Shown piece by piece: positions 63,871-64,000 of a stretch of 64,000 bases of DNA. The notes under the pieces are model-generated. The model was given only the letters and a program-made list of their open reading frames with translations. It did not search any database and had not been told where the DNA came from. A program made the translations under genes and the position numbers. Source of the stretch: Lama guanicoe (Eukaryota). The stretch's first letter is position 1; each line of letters begins with the position of its first letter. The stretch is taken from positions 22,075,280 through 22,139,279 of the forward strand of contig MU054187.1 in the NCBI GenBank assembly GCA_013239625.1, read 5' to 3'.

Positions 63871-64000
63871 GAATATTATATATTGATATAATAATATATT
63901 ATATAATAAAATGTAATACTACTGATACATAATAATATATTATAATATAATAATTTTTTTAAAAGAATATGTCTGTGTCTTTTTTAAGTGGCTTACATGA

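Noticed and set aside
1..64000. A previously undescribed multi-gene biological system or host-gene exons
   Set aside because: I could not identify any intact gene or convincing spliced exon series. Small exons or lncRNA exons cannot be excluded without alignment or expression data.

Overview
This is repeat-rich mammalian non-coding DNA, most likely camelid. That assignment is inferred from six copies of a tRNA-derived SINE resembling camelid Vic-1 and from artiodactyl-type L1 3' ends. I found no intact protein-coding gene, functional RNA gene, CRISPR array or prokaryote-type system. The ORFs in the track are best explained as chance ORFs, L1 ORF2 remnants or frames over pseudogenes. The most informative part is a GC-rich cluster at about 37.1-38.7 kb holding two disabled retrocopies arranged tail-to-tail. 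One is a 5'-truncated IRF7 copy (+) that appears to keep one intron while lacking the downstream ones. The other is a full-length ELOB/TCEB2 copy (-) that is still CpG-island-like despite heavy divergence. Other notable items are a U6 snRNA/L1 chimeric retrocopy nested in an older L1 and L2, a tail-less twin-primed L1 fragment, a SINE and an L1 stacked at one triplicated target site, about eight solo ERV LTRs (several with 4-bp TSDs, one apparently chimeric), and an unidentified CpG-decayed GC-rich segment at about 10.3 kb. Repeat family names come from memory of consensus sequences, not from a database search. Boundaries of old repeats are approximate.
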